64,000 nucleotides of DNA from Thermoanaerobaculia bacterium (GCA_963719225.1 CAVRAY010000001.1:2432001-2496000); one strand, 5' to 3'; positions 1 through 10,420 are shown, counted from the first letter of the stretch. Notes: generated from the letters alone by a model not told the origin. Numbers and translations are program-made.

Positions 1-1
1 C

Positions 2-802
2 AAGGGACCCGTCACGACGCCCATCGGCACCGGCTTCCGAAGCGTGAACGTGACTCTCCGCCAGGCGCTCGACCTCTACGCGAACCTGCGGCCCGTCAAG
101 AACGTGCCCGGCGTCGCCTCCCGTTACGGCGATCTCGACCTGGTCGTCGTGCGCGAGAACACGGAGAGCCTCTATTCGGGAATCGAGCACGTCGTCGTGC
201 CGGGCGTCGTCGAGTCGATCAAGGTCATCACCGAAAAGGCTTCCACGCGCATCGCGCGCTTCGCCTTCGCGTGGGCCCGCGCGAAGGGCCGCAAGAAGGT
301 GACGATCGTGCACAAGGCGAACATCATGAAGCTCTCGGACGGCCTCTTTCTCGACAGCTGCCGGAACGTCGCCACGGACTTCCCCGACATCGAGGTGAAC
401 GACGTCATCGTCGACGCGGCCTGCATGAAGCTCGTCATGAACCCGAAGCAGTTCGACATGCTGCTCCTCGACAACCTCTACGGAGACATCGTCAGCGACC
501 TCGCTTCCGGCCTCGTCGGGGGGCTCGGCATCACGCCCGGAGCGAATCTCGGCGAGACGTGCGCCGTCTTCGAGTCGGTGCACGGCTCGGCTCCCGACAT
601 CGCCGGCAAGGGCATCGCGAACCCGACGGCGCTCCTTCTCTCGGCCGTGATGATGCTCCGCCACATCGGCGACGAGGCGTGTGCCCGGCGCGTCGAGGGA
701 GCTCTCTTTGCGGCCCTCGAGGAGGGAGGCGCGAGGACTCGCGATGTCGGCGGGACGGCGACGACACAGCAGTTCGCGCGGGCCGTCGCCGCGAAGCTCT
801 GA
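2..802 (+). CDS. NAD-dependent isocitrate/isopropylmalate dehydrogenase family protein, 5'-truncated by the window edge
   Basis: Frame is open from base 2 (KGPVTTPIGTGFRSVN). Family motifs RENTE, HKANIMK, NLYGDIVSDL and HGSAPDIAGKGIANP are present. Confidence 0.92.
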   Translation, partial: KGPVTTPIGTGFRSVNVTLRQALDLYANLRPVKNVPGVASRYGDLDLVVVRENTESLYSGIEHVVVPGVVESIKVITEKASTRIARFAFAWARAKGRKKVTIVHKANIMKLSDGLFLDSCRNVATDFPDIEVNDVIVDAACMKLVMNPKQFDMLLLDNLYGDIVSDLASGLVGGLGITPGANLGETCAVFESVHGSAPDIAGKGIANPTALLLSAVMMLRHIGDEACARRVEGALFAALEEGGARTRDVGGTATTQQFARAVAAKL

Positions 803-813
803 GCGGAGACGCG

Positions 814-1107
814 TTGCCCAAGATCGTTTTTTTGAACGAGGGCAAGAGGGCGAACGTCGCCGCCGGCCGGACGGTGCTCGACGTCGCGCTGGAGCTCGGC
901 GTCGCGATCGGAAACGTCTGCGGCGGGGGCGGGACGTGCTCCACCTGCCGCATCGCGTGCGTCCTCAACCCCGAGAACCTTTCGCCGCTCCAGCCGAACG
1001 AGATCGCCTTCGAGCTCGGAGAAAGCGTGCGACTCGGCTGCCAGGCGCGCATCGAAGGAGACGTGGGGGTTCGCGTCGTGCCGATTCCGAGGGCGATCCT
1101 TGTCTAG
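814..1107 (+). CDS. 2Fe-2S ferredoxin
   Basis: CGGGGTCSTC...RLGCQ plant/adrenodoxin-type Cys pattern. Start is TTG 814, or CTG 799 overlapping the upstream stop. Confidence 0.85.
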   Translation: MPKIVFLNEGKRANVAAGRTVLDVALELGVAIGNVCGGGGTCSTCRIACVLNPENLSPLQPNEIAFELGESVRLGCQARIEGDVGVRVVPIPRAILV

Positions 1108-1810
1108 GCCGTCCATCCGGCGGGCCCTGCGCCGCGCGGGCGCGGAGACGCCGCCGCGCGCGCCGCGCCCCGACGGCCCGCGGAACCTGGACAGGATCCC
1201 GCCGCCGAAGATCTTCCTGCCCGGCGAGACCGAAGCTGCGGGCTTCGTCGACTTCTCGGACGTCTTCGGGCGCGTCGCCCCGGTCGAGATGGAGATCGGC
1301 GTCGGCAAGGGCTCGTTCCTCCTCGCGGCCGCGGCCGCGCGAGGCGATCGGAACTGGTTCGGCCTCGAGATCGAGCCCGAGTACGCCGCGATCGTGCGTC
1401 TCAGGGCCGCGCGGGCGGGCCTCTCGAATCTCCGCGTCGAACGCCTCGACGGCAAGGCGTTCGTGCTGCGCCGGCTTTCCCCCGGATGCCTCGCGGGCCT
1501 TCACGTGTATTTCCCGGATCCGTGGCCCAAGAAACGGCACCACAAGCGCCGTCTCGTGGATGCCCCGTGGGCGGAGGCCGCCGCTCGCTCTCTCGCGCCC
1601 GCGTGCGCTCTGAGGGTCGCCTCGGACCACGAGGAGTACTTCGCGTTGATGGACGAGGTGCTCTCGAAAGAGTCTCTCTTCGAGAAGCTCGCGCCCGAAG
1701 AGGCGGGCGACTGGTCGACGGGAACGAGCTACGAATTGAAATTCCGGAGGACGGGTCGGCCGATCTACAAGGCGGTCTTTCGAAGGCGCGCTTCGGGCTC
1801 GGTGCGCTGA
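1100..1810 (+). CDS. trmB: tRNA (guanine-N7)-methyltransferase
   Basis: Motifs EIGVGKG, FPDPWPKKRHHKRR, ASDHEEY and TSYELKF. Start codon uncertain. Confidence 0.9.
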   Translation: MSRPSIRRALRRAGAETPPRAPRPDGPRNLDRIPPPKIFLPGETEAAGFVDFSDVFGRVAPVEMEIGVGKGSFLLAAAAARGDRNWFGLEIEPEYAAIVRLRAARAGLSNLRVERLDGKAFVLRRLSPGCLAGLHVYFPDPWPKKRHHKRRLVDAPWAEAAARSLAPACALRVASDHEEYFALMDEVLSKESLFEKLAPEEAGDWSTGTSYELKFRRTGRPIYKAVFRRRASGSVR

Positions 1811-2403
1811 CGCTCCTCGGGCACCGTCGAGACGAGCACAGAGGCTTCCTCGCGCCCTTTTGCGAGGAGCGGCTTGAGGAATTTGCGGAAGTAGTCGATT
1901 CCCGAGATGAGCGCCATCGCGGTCATCACGTAGAGGGCCGCCCGACCCGTCTTGCGCCAGAGACCGATGTCGTCGAGCTTGCCGCCCATGATCATCAGGG
2001 AGATCCCGACGATCTGACTCCCCATCTTCCATTTGCCGAGCTTCGAGGCGGCGATCGTCAGCCCGTGGCTCACGGCGATCGAGCGCAGCCCGGTCACCGC
2101 GAACTCCCGACCGATGATGATGCACACGCACCAGGCGTCGGCCTCCTGCAGGTCGACGAGCGAAATCAGCGCGGCCGAGACCAGGAGCTTGTCCGCGATG
2201 GGGTCCAGGAGCATCCCCATCGTCGTCACTTTCTTGAAGCGTCTCGCCCAGTAGCCGTCCAGCCAGTCCGTGATCGCGGCGAGGAGAAAGACGGCGAGCG
2301 CGAGGTACTCGCGAGCCGGAAGCTTCGTCAGGAGGATGACGACGAGGAGCGGAACGAGAAAAATCCGGAACAGGGTGAGCGCGTTGGGGACGTTGACGAA
2401 CAC
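1765..2403 (-). CDS. pgsA: CDP-diacylglycerol--glycerol-3-phosphate 3-phosphatidyltransferase
   Basis: NVPNALTLFRI and the CDP-alcohol motif DWLDGYWARR...G.LLDPIADK. Overlaps trmB convergently by 46 bp. Confidence 0.92.
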   Translation of the reverse strand: MFVNVPNALTLFRIFLVPLLVVILLTKLPAREYLALAVFLLAAITDWLDGYWARRFKKVTTMGMLLDPIADKLLVSAALISLVDLQEADAWCVCIIIGREFAVTGLRSIAVSHGLTIAASKLGKWKMGSQIVGISLMIMGGKLDDIGLWRKTGRAALYVMTAMALISGIDYFRKFLKPLLAKGREEASVLVSTVPEERQRTEPEARLRKTAL

Positions 2404-2486
2404 CAGACCACGATTCTAGACCCGCGAGCGGTCACGGGGCCGCGCGCTGGACACGCCCCGATCGCTCCCTGACAATCGGCTGCCCC

Positions 2487-3905
2487 ATGGAAAATGCCCC
2501 CATCGTCTTCGGCACCGACGGCTGGCGGGGGCGCATCGCACGCGATCTCACGTTCGACAGCGTTCGCCGCGTCGTGTCCGCAGCTGCCTCGTGGACGATC
2601 GACGAGACGAACGTCGAGCCGGGAGATCCCTGGACGCTCCCGGTCGTCTTCGACACGCGATTCCTCTCCCCGGAGCTGGCCGCCGAGAGCGCTGCGCTCC
2701 TCTCTTCCCTCGGTTTTCGCGTCCTGCTGTCGGACCGCCCCGCTCCGACGCCGTGCGCGTCGTGGCACGTCGCCTCCCGCGGCCTCAGGGCGGGCCTCGC
2801 GATCACGGCGTCCCACAACCCGCCGCCCTGGAACGGCGTGAAGGTGAAATCCTCGTTCGGCGGCAGCGCGACCCCCGCCACGTACGACGCGATCGCCCGA
2901 GCCGTGGACCGGCCCGTGGCGGAAAAGACCGGCGGCTCGGTCGAGACGCTCGACCTCGCCACGCCGTACCGCGATGCGCTCGCGAGCCTCGTCGATCTCG
3001 AGGCGATCCGCGGGGCCGGCCTCAGGGTCCTTTTCGACGCGATCCACGGAGCGGCGGGGACGCTCCTCGAAGCGATCGTCGGCGCCGGCCACCCGACGAC
3101 CGTGGTCTCGCTCCGTGCGAACCGCGATCCGCTCTTCGGCGGAGTCAACCCCGAGCCCATTCCCGAGAATCTCGCCGCGTCGCGGCGGGCGCTCACCGAG
3201 GGTCGCTTCGACGTCGTGCTCGCGAGCGACGGAGACGGCGACCGGCTCGGCGTGCTGGACTCGGGCGGCCGCTTCGTCACGCCGCACCGGATCCTCGCGC
3301 TCCTGGCCGAGAGTCTCACGATTCGCGGTCGCATCCGCGGCGGCATCGCGAAGACGTTCTCGACGTCGCTTCTCCTCGACCGCGTCGCCTCGCGTCTCGG
3401 CGTGGAGCTCCACGTCACGCCGGTGGGCTTCAAGCACATCGCCGCGAAGATGATTTCCGGCGAGGTCGCGATCGGCGGCGAGGAATCGGGCGGCCTGGGC
3501 GTCTCCTTCCACCTGCCCGAGCGCGACGGAGTCCTCTCGGCGCTCCTCGTCCTGGAGGCGATCGCGCACTCGGGCGGGACGCTCGAGACGATGTTGACCC
3601 GACAGGAAGCCGCCTACGGCGCGCTCGCCTACGGCCGCCGGGACCTCCATCTGCCGATGCAGGTCCTGCGCGCTTTCGTCGAGAGCCTGAGGTCCGGTCC
3701 GCCGGCCTCCCGTTGCGGCGAGCGCGTGACGGGCATGGACGACATGGACGGCGTGAAGCTGCTCTTCGGGTCTCGCGGCTGGCTGCTCCACCGGCTCTCC
3801 GGTACGGAGCCCATCATCCGCATCTACGCCGAGCACGAGGATCCGGGGATGATCGCGAAGCTCCTCGACGAGACGGAGGCGGAGCTCGCGAAGCTTCCAA
3901 GTTGA
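2487..3905 (+). CDS. phosphoglucomutase/phosphomannomutase family protein
   Basis: Motifs FGTDGWRG, TASHNP, DGDGDR, GEESGG and SGTEP. Confidence 0.93.
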   Translation: MENAPIVFGTDGWRGRIARDLTFDSVRRVVSAAASWTIDETNVEPGDPWTLPVVFDTRFLSPELAAESAALLSSLGFRVLLSDRPAPTPCASWHVASRGLRAGLAITASHNPPPWNGVKVKSSFGGSATPATYDAIARAVDRPVAEKTGGSVETLDLATPYRDALASLVDLEAIRGAGLRVLFDAIHGAAGTLLEAIVGAGHPTTVVSLRANRDPLFGGVNPEPIPENLAASRRALTEGRFDVVLASDGDGDRLGVLDSGGRFVTPHRILALLAESLTIRGRIRGGIAKTFSTSLLLDRVASRLGVELHVTPVGFKHIAAKMISGEVAIGGEESGGLGVSFHLPERDGVLSALLVLEAIAHSGGTLETMLTRQEAAYGALAYGRRDLHLPMQVLRAFVESLRSGPPASRCGERVTGMDDMDGVKLLFGSRGWLLHRLSGTEPIIRIYAEHEDPGMIAKLLDETEAELAKLPS

Positions 3906-4039
3906 GCCCCGGTCGTCGAGACCGCAGAGATGTTCGTTTCACGGTATGTCGCGGCCCGCGGCGGCTTGGGGAAGATCAAATCGATTCGAACGTTGGTTCT
4001 CCGCGGTCCTCCGCGCGAGGGAGGCAAGCCCGGACGGTT

Positions 4040-4204
4040 CATGGCCCGAGCGCGGCCTTGTTACTGGCTCGTTGGCGAGCCTTCGGCTCGGCGGGGCGCG
4101 AAACAGAGGCAGTCGCGCAATTTCGAGCCGCGCTCACGATCGATCCCACCTACACGCGGGCGTCCGAAGCGCTCGTGCAGTCGCCGCCGGCGAAAATGAG
4201 ATAA
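4040..4204 (+). pseudogene. possible TPR-repeat gene remnant
   Basis: Reads GRETEAVAQFRAALTIDPTYTRASEAL, a TPR-like helix pair. No credible start or N-terminal part. Confidence 0.4.
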
Positions 4205-4216
4205 CGCGGCAACACG

Positions 4217-5491
4217 CTACCGCGCGTCGGCGAGGACGAATCCGGAACCGCTGAAGCGCATCGAGGCGCCCGCGCCGAGGCCCGCGAGCGGATCGGACTC
4301 CGAGAGGAGCTCGGGCAGGACGTCTCCCCCGTAGGCGACGACGGCGCGCGCGGCAATGGCGAGCGGCTGACCCTGCGTGACCTCGAATCGGGCCGGCTCG
4401 GACGAGACCGCGAGCGCCACGGCCCCGCTGCCCGACAGCTTCAGGAAGGGAGGCGCCGTGCGGTCACCCGCGTCCGGCGTTACGTCCGCGCGGCACGAGA
4501 GGGCGCTCTCGAACGCGAGCAGCCTCTCGGGATGGACCGAGAGGGTCTCGCTCGCGAGCGCCTTGAGCCACGGCACGCGGCCCGGATCCGCCACGAGCAG
4601 GATGCCGTCGCCCGACGCGCCGACGAGGATTCGGTCGAGGCCGTCGGGCGTGGCAGCCGGAGAGCTGTCGATCACCGGCGATCCCGAGCGGCCCACCACG
4701 ATTCCGCGCCGCACGCGCACGCCGCTCGCGCAGGAAACGGAAAGGAATCCGCCGGGCTTCGGGGAGAAGGGTCCGAGAGGCCGGGCCACGGCCGGCGCGG
4801 CGGTCTCCAGCCCGGCCAGAATGGCCATGGAGGGCCGCGGCCTCACACCCGAGGAGATCTTGTTCTTGCCGCTCGCCGTGAGGGAGTCCAGCGGCTCGGG
4901 CTTTACCATCGGGCTCGGCCGGGTGTCGGCCGGGGAGGGGCTCTTCGCCGTCGCGATCCGCACCTCGGCCGCCGCGGCGCGCGCCGTGCGGGCGACCGAG
5001 TCGTCTCCCTCGGCCCCGTCCTTGAGCTCCGCGCCCGCCATCTTGAAATGCCGCTGCGCTTCGTCCCAGGCTCCCCGCCGCTGCGCGACGAGTCCCAGCG
5101 TCAGATGCGCCTTGCGATGCGCCGGCGCGAACCCGAGGACCTTCTCGAGCGGCTCTCGCGCGTCGCGATCCCGGCCCGACTTGAACAGGATGAGGCCGAG
5201 GTTGAACAACAGCGGAACCGACTCGGCATGCTCGTTGAGGAGATCGCGCGTCATCGTCTCGGCCTCGTCGTACTGGCCCAGATGGAAGAGCGTGATCGAG
5301 AGATTGAGCAGGACTTCGGGGTCGCGGGGGCGCAACCGCCGCGCCTCCTCGAACTCGCGCCGCGCGGTCTCGTGGTAACCGCGGGCCATCTCCTCCTTGC
5401 CGCGGTTCAGGTGGAGGAGGAAGAGTCCGTGGTCGAAGAAGGGCGCGGGTCTGAAGGCCCTGGTCGTCTCTGATCCCCGCGTGGCCGCCAT
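4217..5491 (-). CDS. TPR-repeat protein with C-terminal AIM24-like domain
   Basis: N-terminal TPR pattern (LLNLSITLFHLGQYDEA, LFNLGLILFKSG). C-terminus FLKLSGSGAVAL...MRFSGSGFVL resembles AIM24/DUF124. Confidence 0.7.
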   Translation of the reverse strand: MAATRGSETTRAFRPAPFFDHGLFLLHLNRGKEEMARGYHETARREFEEARRLRPRDPEVLLNLSITLFHLGQYDEAETMTRDLLNEHAESVPLLFNLGLILFKSGRDRDAREPLEKVLGFAPAHRKAHLTLGLVAQRRGAWDEAQRHFKMAGAELKDGAEGDDSVARTARAAAAEVRIATAKSPSPADTRPSPMVKPEPLDSLTASGKNKISSGVRPRPSMAILAGLETAAPAVARPLGPFSPKPGGFLSVSCASGVRVRRGIVVGRSGSPVIDSSPAATPDGLDRILVGASGDGILLVADPGRVPWLKALASETLSVHPERLLAFESALSCRADVTPDAGDRTAPPFLKLSGSGAVALAVSSEPARFEVTQGQPLAIAARAVVAYGGDVLPELLSESDPLAGLGAGASMRFSGSGFVLADAR

Positions 5492-5507
5492 TCCGCCCCC
5501 GTCCGCC

Positions 5508-6242
5508 TCAGCGCACCCGCCCGAGCAGAGGAGCCTGTCGTTCCGTGAGGTCGACGGCCGTGTTCGAAAGGACCGCCATGCCGTTCATGCTCGAGACGCG
5601 GATCGGAGCCGCCGGCCTCGTCGGCGTTCCCCGGAAGCCGCCGCCGAACGCAGGCCCAGCTGCGCCCTCTCCGTGCCGCGCGACCAGGACGCGCCGGATG
5701 TACTCGCGCGTTTCGCGGTATGGCGGCACGCCGGAGTGGTGCGTCACGGCGTTCTCGCCGGCGTTGTAACCCGCGAGCGCGAGGGTGACGTCGCCCTTGA
5801 ACTGCTCGAGAAGGGCGGCGAGGTATCTCACGCCCGCGCGAATGCTCTGTCCCGCGTCATTCCGGTCGGAGACGCCGAACCTCATGGCCGTGCCCGGCAT
5901 GAGCTGCATGAGGCCGCGGGCGCCCTTCCGCGACGCGGCGCGCGGGTTGAAGTTGGACTCCACGAGCATGACGCTCTTGACGAGCGCCGCGTCGACGCCC
6001 GCCGCGCGCGACTCGCTCGCGATCGTCGCGTCGTACGGAGACGGCGTGTTCCGGCGTTCGACGAGGTAGGCGTCCGAAGGCACGCCCCCGTTCACGCGCC
6101 AGCCGCTGCCGACCTTGTCGTTGAAGATCAGCGCCGAGCCGTTCGACTGCCGCACGAGATGGACGTCTGCTTGCAGGACCCCCGCCGCCGCGAGCACAGC
6201 GACCACCGACACCCGGGTCAGAACGATCCCGCGAGACAGCAT
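5508..6242 (-). CDS. secreted lytic transglycosylase (SLT domain)
   Basis: Signal peptide; motifs VESNFNPRAAS, GARGLMQLMP, ALAGYNAGE and ETREYI. Confidence 0.9.
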   Translation of the reverse strand: MLSRGIVLTRVSVVAVLAAAGVLQADVHLVRQSNGSALIFNDKVGSGWRVNGGVPSDAYLVERRNTPSPYDATIASESRAAGVDAALVKSVMLVESNFNPRAASRKGARGLMQLMPGTAMRFGVSDRNDAGQSIRAGVRYLAALLEQFKGDVTLALAGYNAGENAVTHHSGVPPYRETREYIRRVLVARHGEGAAGPAFGGGFRGTPTRPAAPIRVSSMNGMAVLSNTAVDLTERQAPLLGRVR

Positions 6243-6275
6243 TGCCCGAAGATTATAGCCCAGCGGGGTACAGCC

Positions 6276-9080
6276 TCAGGGGGCGAGCCGCTCCCTCACC
6301 TTCGCGACGCCCAGCGCGAGGGCCGGCTCGATCTGGGCCGCGTCCTTGCCGCCCGCCTGCGCGAGATCGGGCTTTCCGCCGCCCTTTCCCCCGACCGCCG
6401 GCGCCATGACCTGCGCCAGCTCGTTGGCGGAGACCCGGGCCACGAGGTCGGACGTCACGGCTGCGAGCAGCGTGACCTTGCCTTCCAGCTCGGTTCCGAG
6501 GAGGACGACGCCGGACTTCAGCTTGCTTCGGAACGTGTCGGCGAGATTACGCAGCTCGTTCGTCGGGAGCGACGGCACGCGGCGGGCGAGGACCTTCACT
6601 CCCGCAATCTCCTCGATGCCATCGTTGTCGCGGCCGGAGACGTCCGAAGAGGACGAAGAGGAAGACTTCTTAGAAGGTGAATGTCCAGAGGCAGAGGCGC
6701 CCGGCTGCCCGCCCGAGGCGACCATCGCGCCTGCGCTCACCCCCGCGCCGCCGCCCGCCAGCGCGAGATCGCGCTTGAGAGCGGCAATCTCTTTTTCTCT
6801 CCTTCTAAGCAAATCGACCATTTCCCTGAGCTTCGAGGGCAGCACGTCGAGCGGTGTGTTCACGATCTGCGAGATCTGAGAAAGGATGTCTTCGTCCCTC
6901 TGGAGCCTTTCGACCGCGTTCAGCGACGTGACCGCCTCGAGGCGGCGGACGCCCGCAGCGAGGCCCTTGTCCGAAAGGACCTTGAAGGCGCCGATTTCGC
7001 CCGTGCGCCCGACGTGACAGCCGGCGCAGAGCTCCGTCGAGAAGCCCGGCACGTCGACCACGCGAACGCGCTCGCCGTACTTCTCGCCGAAGAACATCAT
7101 GGCGCCTTTCTTCTTCGCGTCGTCCATCGACATGACGGCCTTTGACACCTCGCGGTCGCGCAGGATTTCCTCGTTTACGAGGCGCTCGATCTCGCGGATC
7201 TCCTCGGCGGTCGTCGGGCGCGAGGCCGCGTAGTCGAAGCGCAGGCGGTCCGGCGAGACGAGCGAGCCCATCTGGCGAACGCTCTCCCCGAGGACCTTCC
7301 GCAGCGCGGCATGCAGGAGGTGCGTCCCCGTATGGTTCGCCTGGGTCTTGCGGCGCGTCCACTCGGGAACACCCATAGAAACCAACTGCCCGGGGGCCAG
7401 GGCACCAGAAGAAATTCTTAGAAGGTGAAGAATGGCGCGGCCATTGGGCGCGCGGCGCGTGTCGAGGACCGTCGCGGCGCCCGCCTCGCCGCCGGTTCCC
7501 TTCCAGAGGAATTCCCCCTGGTCGGCGACCTGGCCGCCGCCCTCGGGATAGAAGACGGTGCGTTCCATGACGACCCACCCCTGCTGACCAGCGGTGAGGC
7601 GTTCGCCACGTTCGAAGAGACCCTGCTTAGAAGGTGTAAAGAGACCGAGGACTCGCCCGCCTTCCAGGCTCACGAAATCCTGCTCGGGATACCCGCGGAA
7701 TTCGGTCGTCCACGACGGATCGATCTGGTCGTCCGGCGGCAGACCGCCCTCCCCTTCGAACTTCGACGCGCCCTTGCTCCGCTCGCGGGCCGTGGCGAGC
7801 TCCTTTTCGAAGCCCGCAACGTCCAGCTTGACGCCTTCATCAGAAGAAATCTCTTCGATCGTCTCCAGCGGAACACCATACGTGTCATAGAGGCGGAAGG
7901 CAGCCTCGCCCGAAAGAAGCGCCTCGCCGCGACGCCGCATTTCCGAGATCGCCTCGCCGACGCGGTCGACGCCGACAGACATCGTCTTCGCAAAGCGCGC
8001 CTCTTCTTCTTCGATCAACCCGAAGATCGCCTTTGCGCCGGGATTCTCTTCACCTTCAAAGAAAATCTCCAATGACTCCGTTACCCCGGGGACGAGCCTG
8101 AAGAGGAACGTATCGACGATGCCCAGCCGGCGCCCGTACCGGACTGCACGCCGAATGATCTTTCGCAGAACGTATCCGCGGCCTTCATTCGAAGGAATGA
8201 CTCCGTCCGCGATGAGCATCGTCGCGGCGCGGGCGTGATCGGCGACGACCCGGAACGGCGCGTCTTCGACCGCCATCCCTCCGACGTACTTCCGGCCTGA
8301 GATTGCCTCGATCTTCGCGATGATTCGCGCGAACAGGTCCGTGTCGTAGTTGTTGTTCTTTCCCTCGAGGATCGCGGTGATGCGCTCGAGGCCGGCGCCC
8401 GTGTCGACGCTCGGCTTCGGGAGCGGGGTCATCTTCCCGGAGGCGTCGCGGTCGAACTGCATGAAGACGAGATTCCAGATCTCCATGACGCGATCGCCTG
8501 CGCCGTTCGGCGTCGCGTCGCCGGGCACTCCGTCGCCCTGGTCGTAGTGGATCTCGCTGCACGGGCCGCAGGGACCCGTATCGCCCATCGACCAGAAGTT
8601 GTCCTTCTCGCCGAAGCGGGCGATGCGTTCTTTCGGGAGGTACTTCCCCCACAGCGCGGCCGCCTCGTCGTCGTCCGTGAAGACCGTCGCCCACAGGCGC
8701 GAGGGGTGGAGCCCGTAGCGTCCCGTGACGAGCTCCCACGCGTAGTCGACCGCCTCCTCCTTGAAGTAATCGCCGAAGGAGAAATTGCCGAGCATCTCGA
8801 AGAAAGTGTGGTGCCGCGCCGTGTATCCCACGTTGTCGAGGTCGTTGTGCTTGCCGCCCGCGCGCACGCACTTCTGCGAGGAGGTCGCCCGCACGTAGCC
8901 GCGCTTCTCCCGCCCGAGGAAGAGGTCCTTGAACTGGTTCATCCCCGCGTTCGTGAAGAGCAGGGTCGGATCCTCGGCCGGCACGAGCGAGGAGGACGCC
9001 ACGCGCGTGTGCCCCTTCTCCTCGAAGAAGGACAGGAACGTCTCGCGGACCTTGCGGGAGGTCCAGCCGGAGGCCGCCAT
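6276..9080 (-). CDS. alaS: alanine--tRNA ligase
   Basis: LLFTNAGMNQFK, HHTFFEMLGNFSFGDYFK, editing motifs HTGTHLLH and ELCAGCH, and a C-terminal GGKGGG. ATG at 9080. Confidence 0.97.
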   Translation of the reverse strand: MAASGWTSRKVRETFLSFFEEKGHTRVASSSLVPAEDPTLLFTNAGMNQFKDLFLGREKRGYVRATSSQKCVRAGGKHNDLDNVGYTARHHTFFEMLGNFSFGDYFKEEAVDYAWELVTGRYGLHPSRLWATVFTDDDEAAALWGKYLPKERIARFGEKDNFWSMGDTGPCGPCSEIHYDQGDGVPGDATPNGAGDRVMEIWNLVFMQFDRDASGKMTPLPKPSVDTGAGLERITAILEGKNNNYDTDLFARIIAKIEAISGRKYVGGMAVEDAPFRVVADHARAATMLIADGVIPSNEGRGYVLRKIIRRAVRYGRRLGIVDTFLFRLVPGVTESLEIFFEGEENPGAKAIFGLIEEEEARFAKTMSVGVDRVGEAISEMRRRGEALLSGEAAFRLYDTYGVPLETIEEISSDEGVKLDVAGFEKELATARERSKGASKFEGEGGLPPDDQIDPSWTTEFRGYPEQDFVSLEGGRVLGLFTPSKQGLFERGERLTAGQQGWVVMERTVFYPEGGGQVADQGEFLWKGTGGEAGAATVLDTRRAPNGRAILHLLRISSGALAPGQLVSMGVPEWTRRKTQANHTGTHLLHAALRKVLGESVRQMGSLVSPDRLRFDYAASRPTTAEEIREIERLVNEEILRDREVSKAVMSMDDAKKKGAMMFFGEKYGERVRVVDVPGFSTELCAGCHVGRTGEIGAFKVLSDKGLAAGVRRLEAVTSLNAVERLQRDEDILSQISQIVNTPLDVLPSKLREMVDLLRRREKEIAALKRDLALAGGGAGVSAGAMVASGGQPGASASGHSPSKKSSSSSSSDVSGRDNDGIEEIAGVKVLARRVPSLPTNELRNLADTFRSKLKSGVVLLGTELEGKVTLLAAVTSDLVARVSANELAQVMAPAVGGKGGGKPDLAQAGGKDAAQIEPALALGVAKVRERLAP
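6669..6677 (+). repeat. CTTAGAAGG dispersed motif, first of 9 exact copies (others: 6801-6809 -, 7417-7425 +, 7626-7634 +, 14888-14896 +, 19483-19491 +, 19615-19623 -, 20493-20501 -, 30650-30658 -)
   Basis: Read directly from the sequence on both strands. Confidence 0.85.
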
Positions 9081-9114
9081 GGCTCGGAGGATAAGGGGTC
9101 TCCCCCCCACCCCC

Positions 9115-10293
9115 CTAGCCAGGCTGGTTGGAGAAGTCGAACGGCGAGGCCGCCTCCTCCGAGCTGAGCGCATCGGGCGACTGCAGGGCGCCTTCCATGA
9201 GCTCGTTCGCGATGTCCGACGTCGACTGGATGCCCTGCACCTTGAGCTTGAACTCGTTCGGGTTCGACGAGCGGCGGATCGCCTCGTCCAGCGTGATGAG
9301 GCCCGTCTTGTAGAGCTGGAAGAGCGACTGGTCGAACGTCTGCATCCCGTACTGCGAGGTACCGGCCTTGATCGCGTCGTGGATGTACTTCGTCTTTTCC
9401 TTGTTCTCGATGCAATCGCGGATGTAGTTCGTCGCCACGAGCACCTCGACGGCCGGCACGCGGCCGAGGCCGTCCGCGCGCGGGAGGAGGCGCATCGAGC
9501 ACACGGCCTTGATGACGGCCGCGAGCTGGAGGCGGATCTGCTTCTGCTGGTGGGGCGGGAAGACCGAGATGATGCGGTTGACCGTCTCGGTCGCGTCCAT
9601 CGTGTGGAGCGTCGACATGACGAGGTGGCCCGTCTCTGCGGCCACGAGAGCCGTCTCGACGGTCTCGAAGTCGCGCATCTCGCCCACGAGGATGACGTCC
9701 GGGTCCTGCCGGAGGGCGGCGCGGATCGCCGACGCGAACGAGCGCGTGTCCACCTCGAGCTCGCGCTGGTTGATGATCGATTTCTTGTCGCGATGGAGGA
9801 ACTCGACCGGGTCCTCGATCGTCATGATGTGCTCGGCGCGGGTCGAGTTGATGTAGTCGATCATCGCGGCGAGCGACGTGGACTTGCCCGAGCCGGTCGT
9901 CCCGGTCACGAGGATGAGGCCGCGCGTCTCCTCGCAGATTTTCTCGAGAATGGGCGGGAGGAGAAGGTCACGGACCGTGAGGATGCGGGCCGGGATGACG
10001 CGGCAGACCATTCCCACCGTCCCGCGCTGCTGGAAGATGTTGCAGCGGAACCGCCCGAGCCCCGGCACCGAGTACGCGATGTCGATCTCGAAGTTGTTCT
10101 TGAACTTTTCCTTCTGCCGCGAAGACATGATCGAGAACGCCATCGCGATCGTGTCTTCCTGCATCAGGCGCTTGAGGTCCACGAGCGGGGTCAGCTCGCC
10201 GTCGACCCGGATGATCGGATGCGCACCGACCTTCAGGTGGAGGTCGGACGCTTTCCGCTCGACCGAGATCTTGAGCAGGTCGTTGATGTGCAT
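9115..10293 (-). CDS. pilT: type IV pilus retraction ATPase, PilT/PilU family
   Basis: Motifs ASDLHL, GTTGSGKST, TIEDPVE, ALRQDPDVILVGEMRD, STLHT and GMQTFDQSL. ATG at 10293. Confidence 0.9.
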   Translation of the reverse strand: MHINDLLKISVERKASDLHLKVGAHPIIRVDGELTPLVDLKRLMQEDTIAMAFSIMSSRQKEKFKNNFEIDIAYSVPGLGRFRCNIFQQRGTVGMVCRVIPARILTVRDLLLPPILEKICEETRGLILVTGTTGSGKSTSLAAMIDYINSTRAEHIMTIEDPVEFLHRDKKSIINQRELEVDTRSFASAIRAALRQDPDVILVGEMRDFETVETALVAAETGHLVMSTLHTMDATETVNRIISVFPPHQQKQIRLQLAAVIKAVCSMRLLPRADGLGRVPAVEVLVATNYIRDCIENKEKTKYIHDAIKAGTSQYGMQTFDQSLFQLYKTGLITLDEAIRRSSNPNEFKLKVQGIQSTSDIANELMEGALQSPDALSSEEAASPFDFSNQPG

Positions 10294-10420
10294 GAGCGAC
10301 CTCCGGGCCCTTACGGGATTCGGGCAAGGATAAGACTTTTCAGGCACTTGGGTCAACGCGGGGGGTGACACCGAGGCTCGATCTCGCTGTATATTTCGGG
10401 GGCGCCGAGGGAGGACGAAG

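Noticed and set aside
6669-6809. Inverted 9-mer pairs considered as MITE ends
   Set aside because: The interiors of the two pairs are unrelated, encode normal protein, and show no target duplication.
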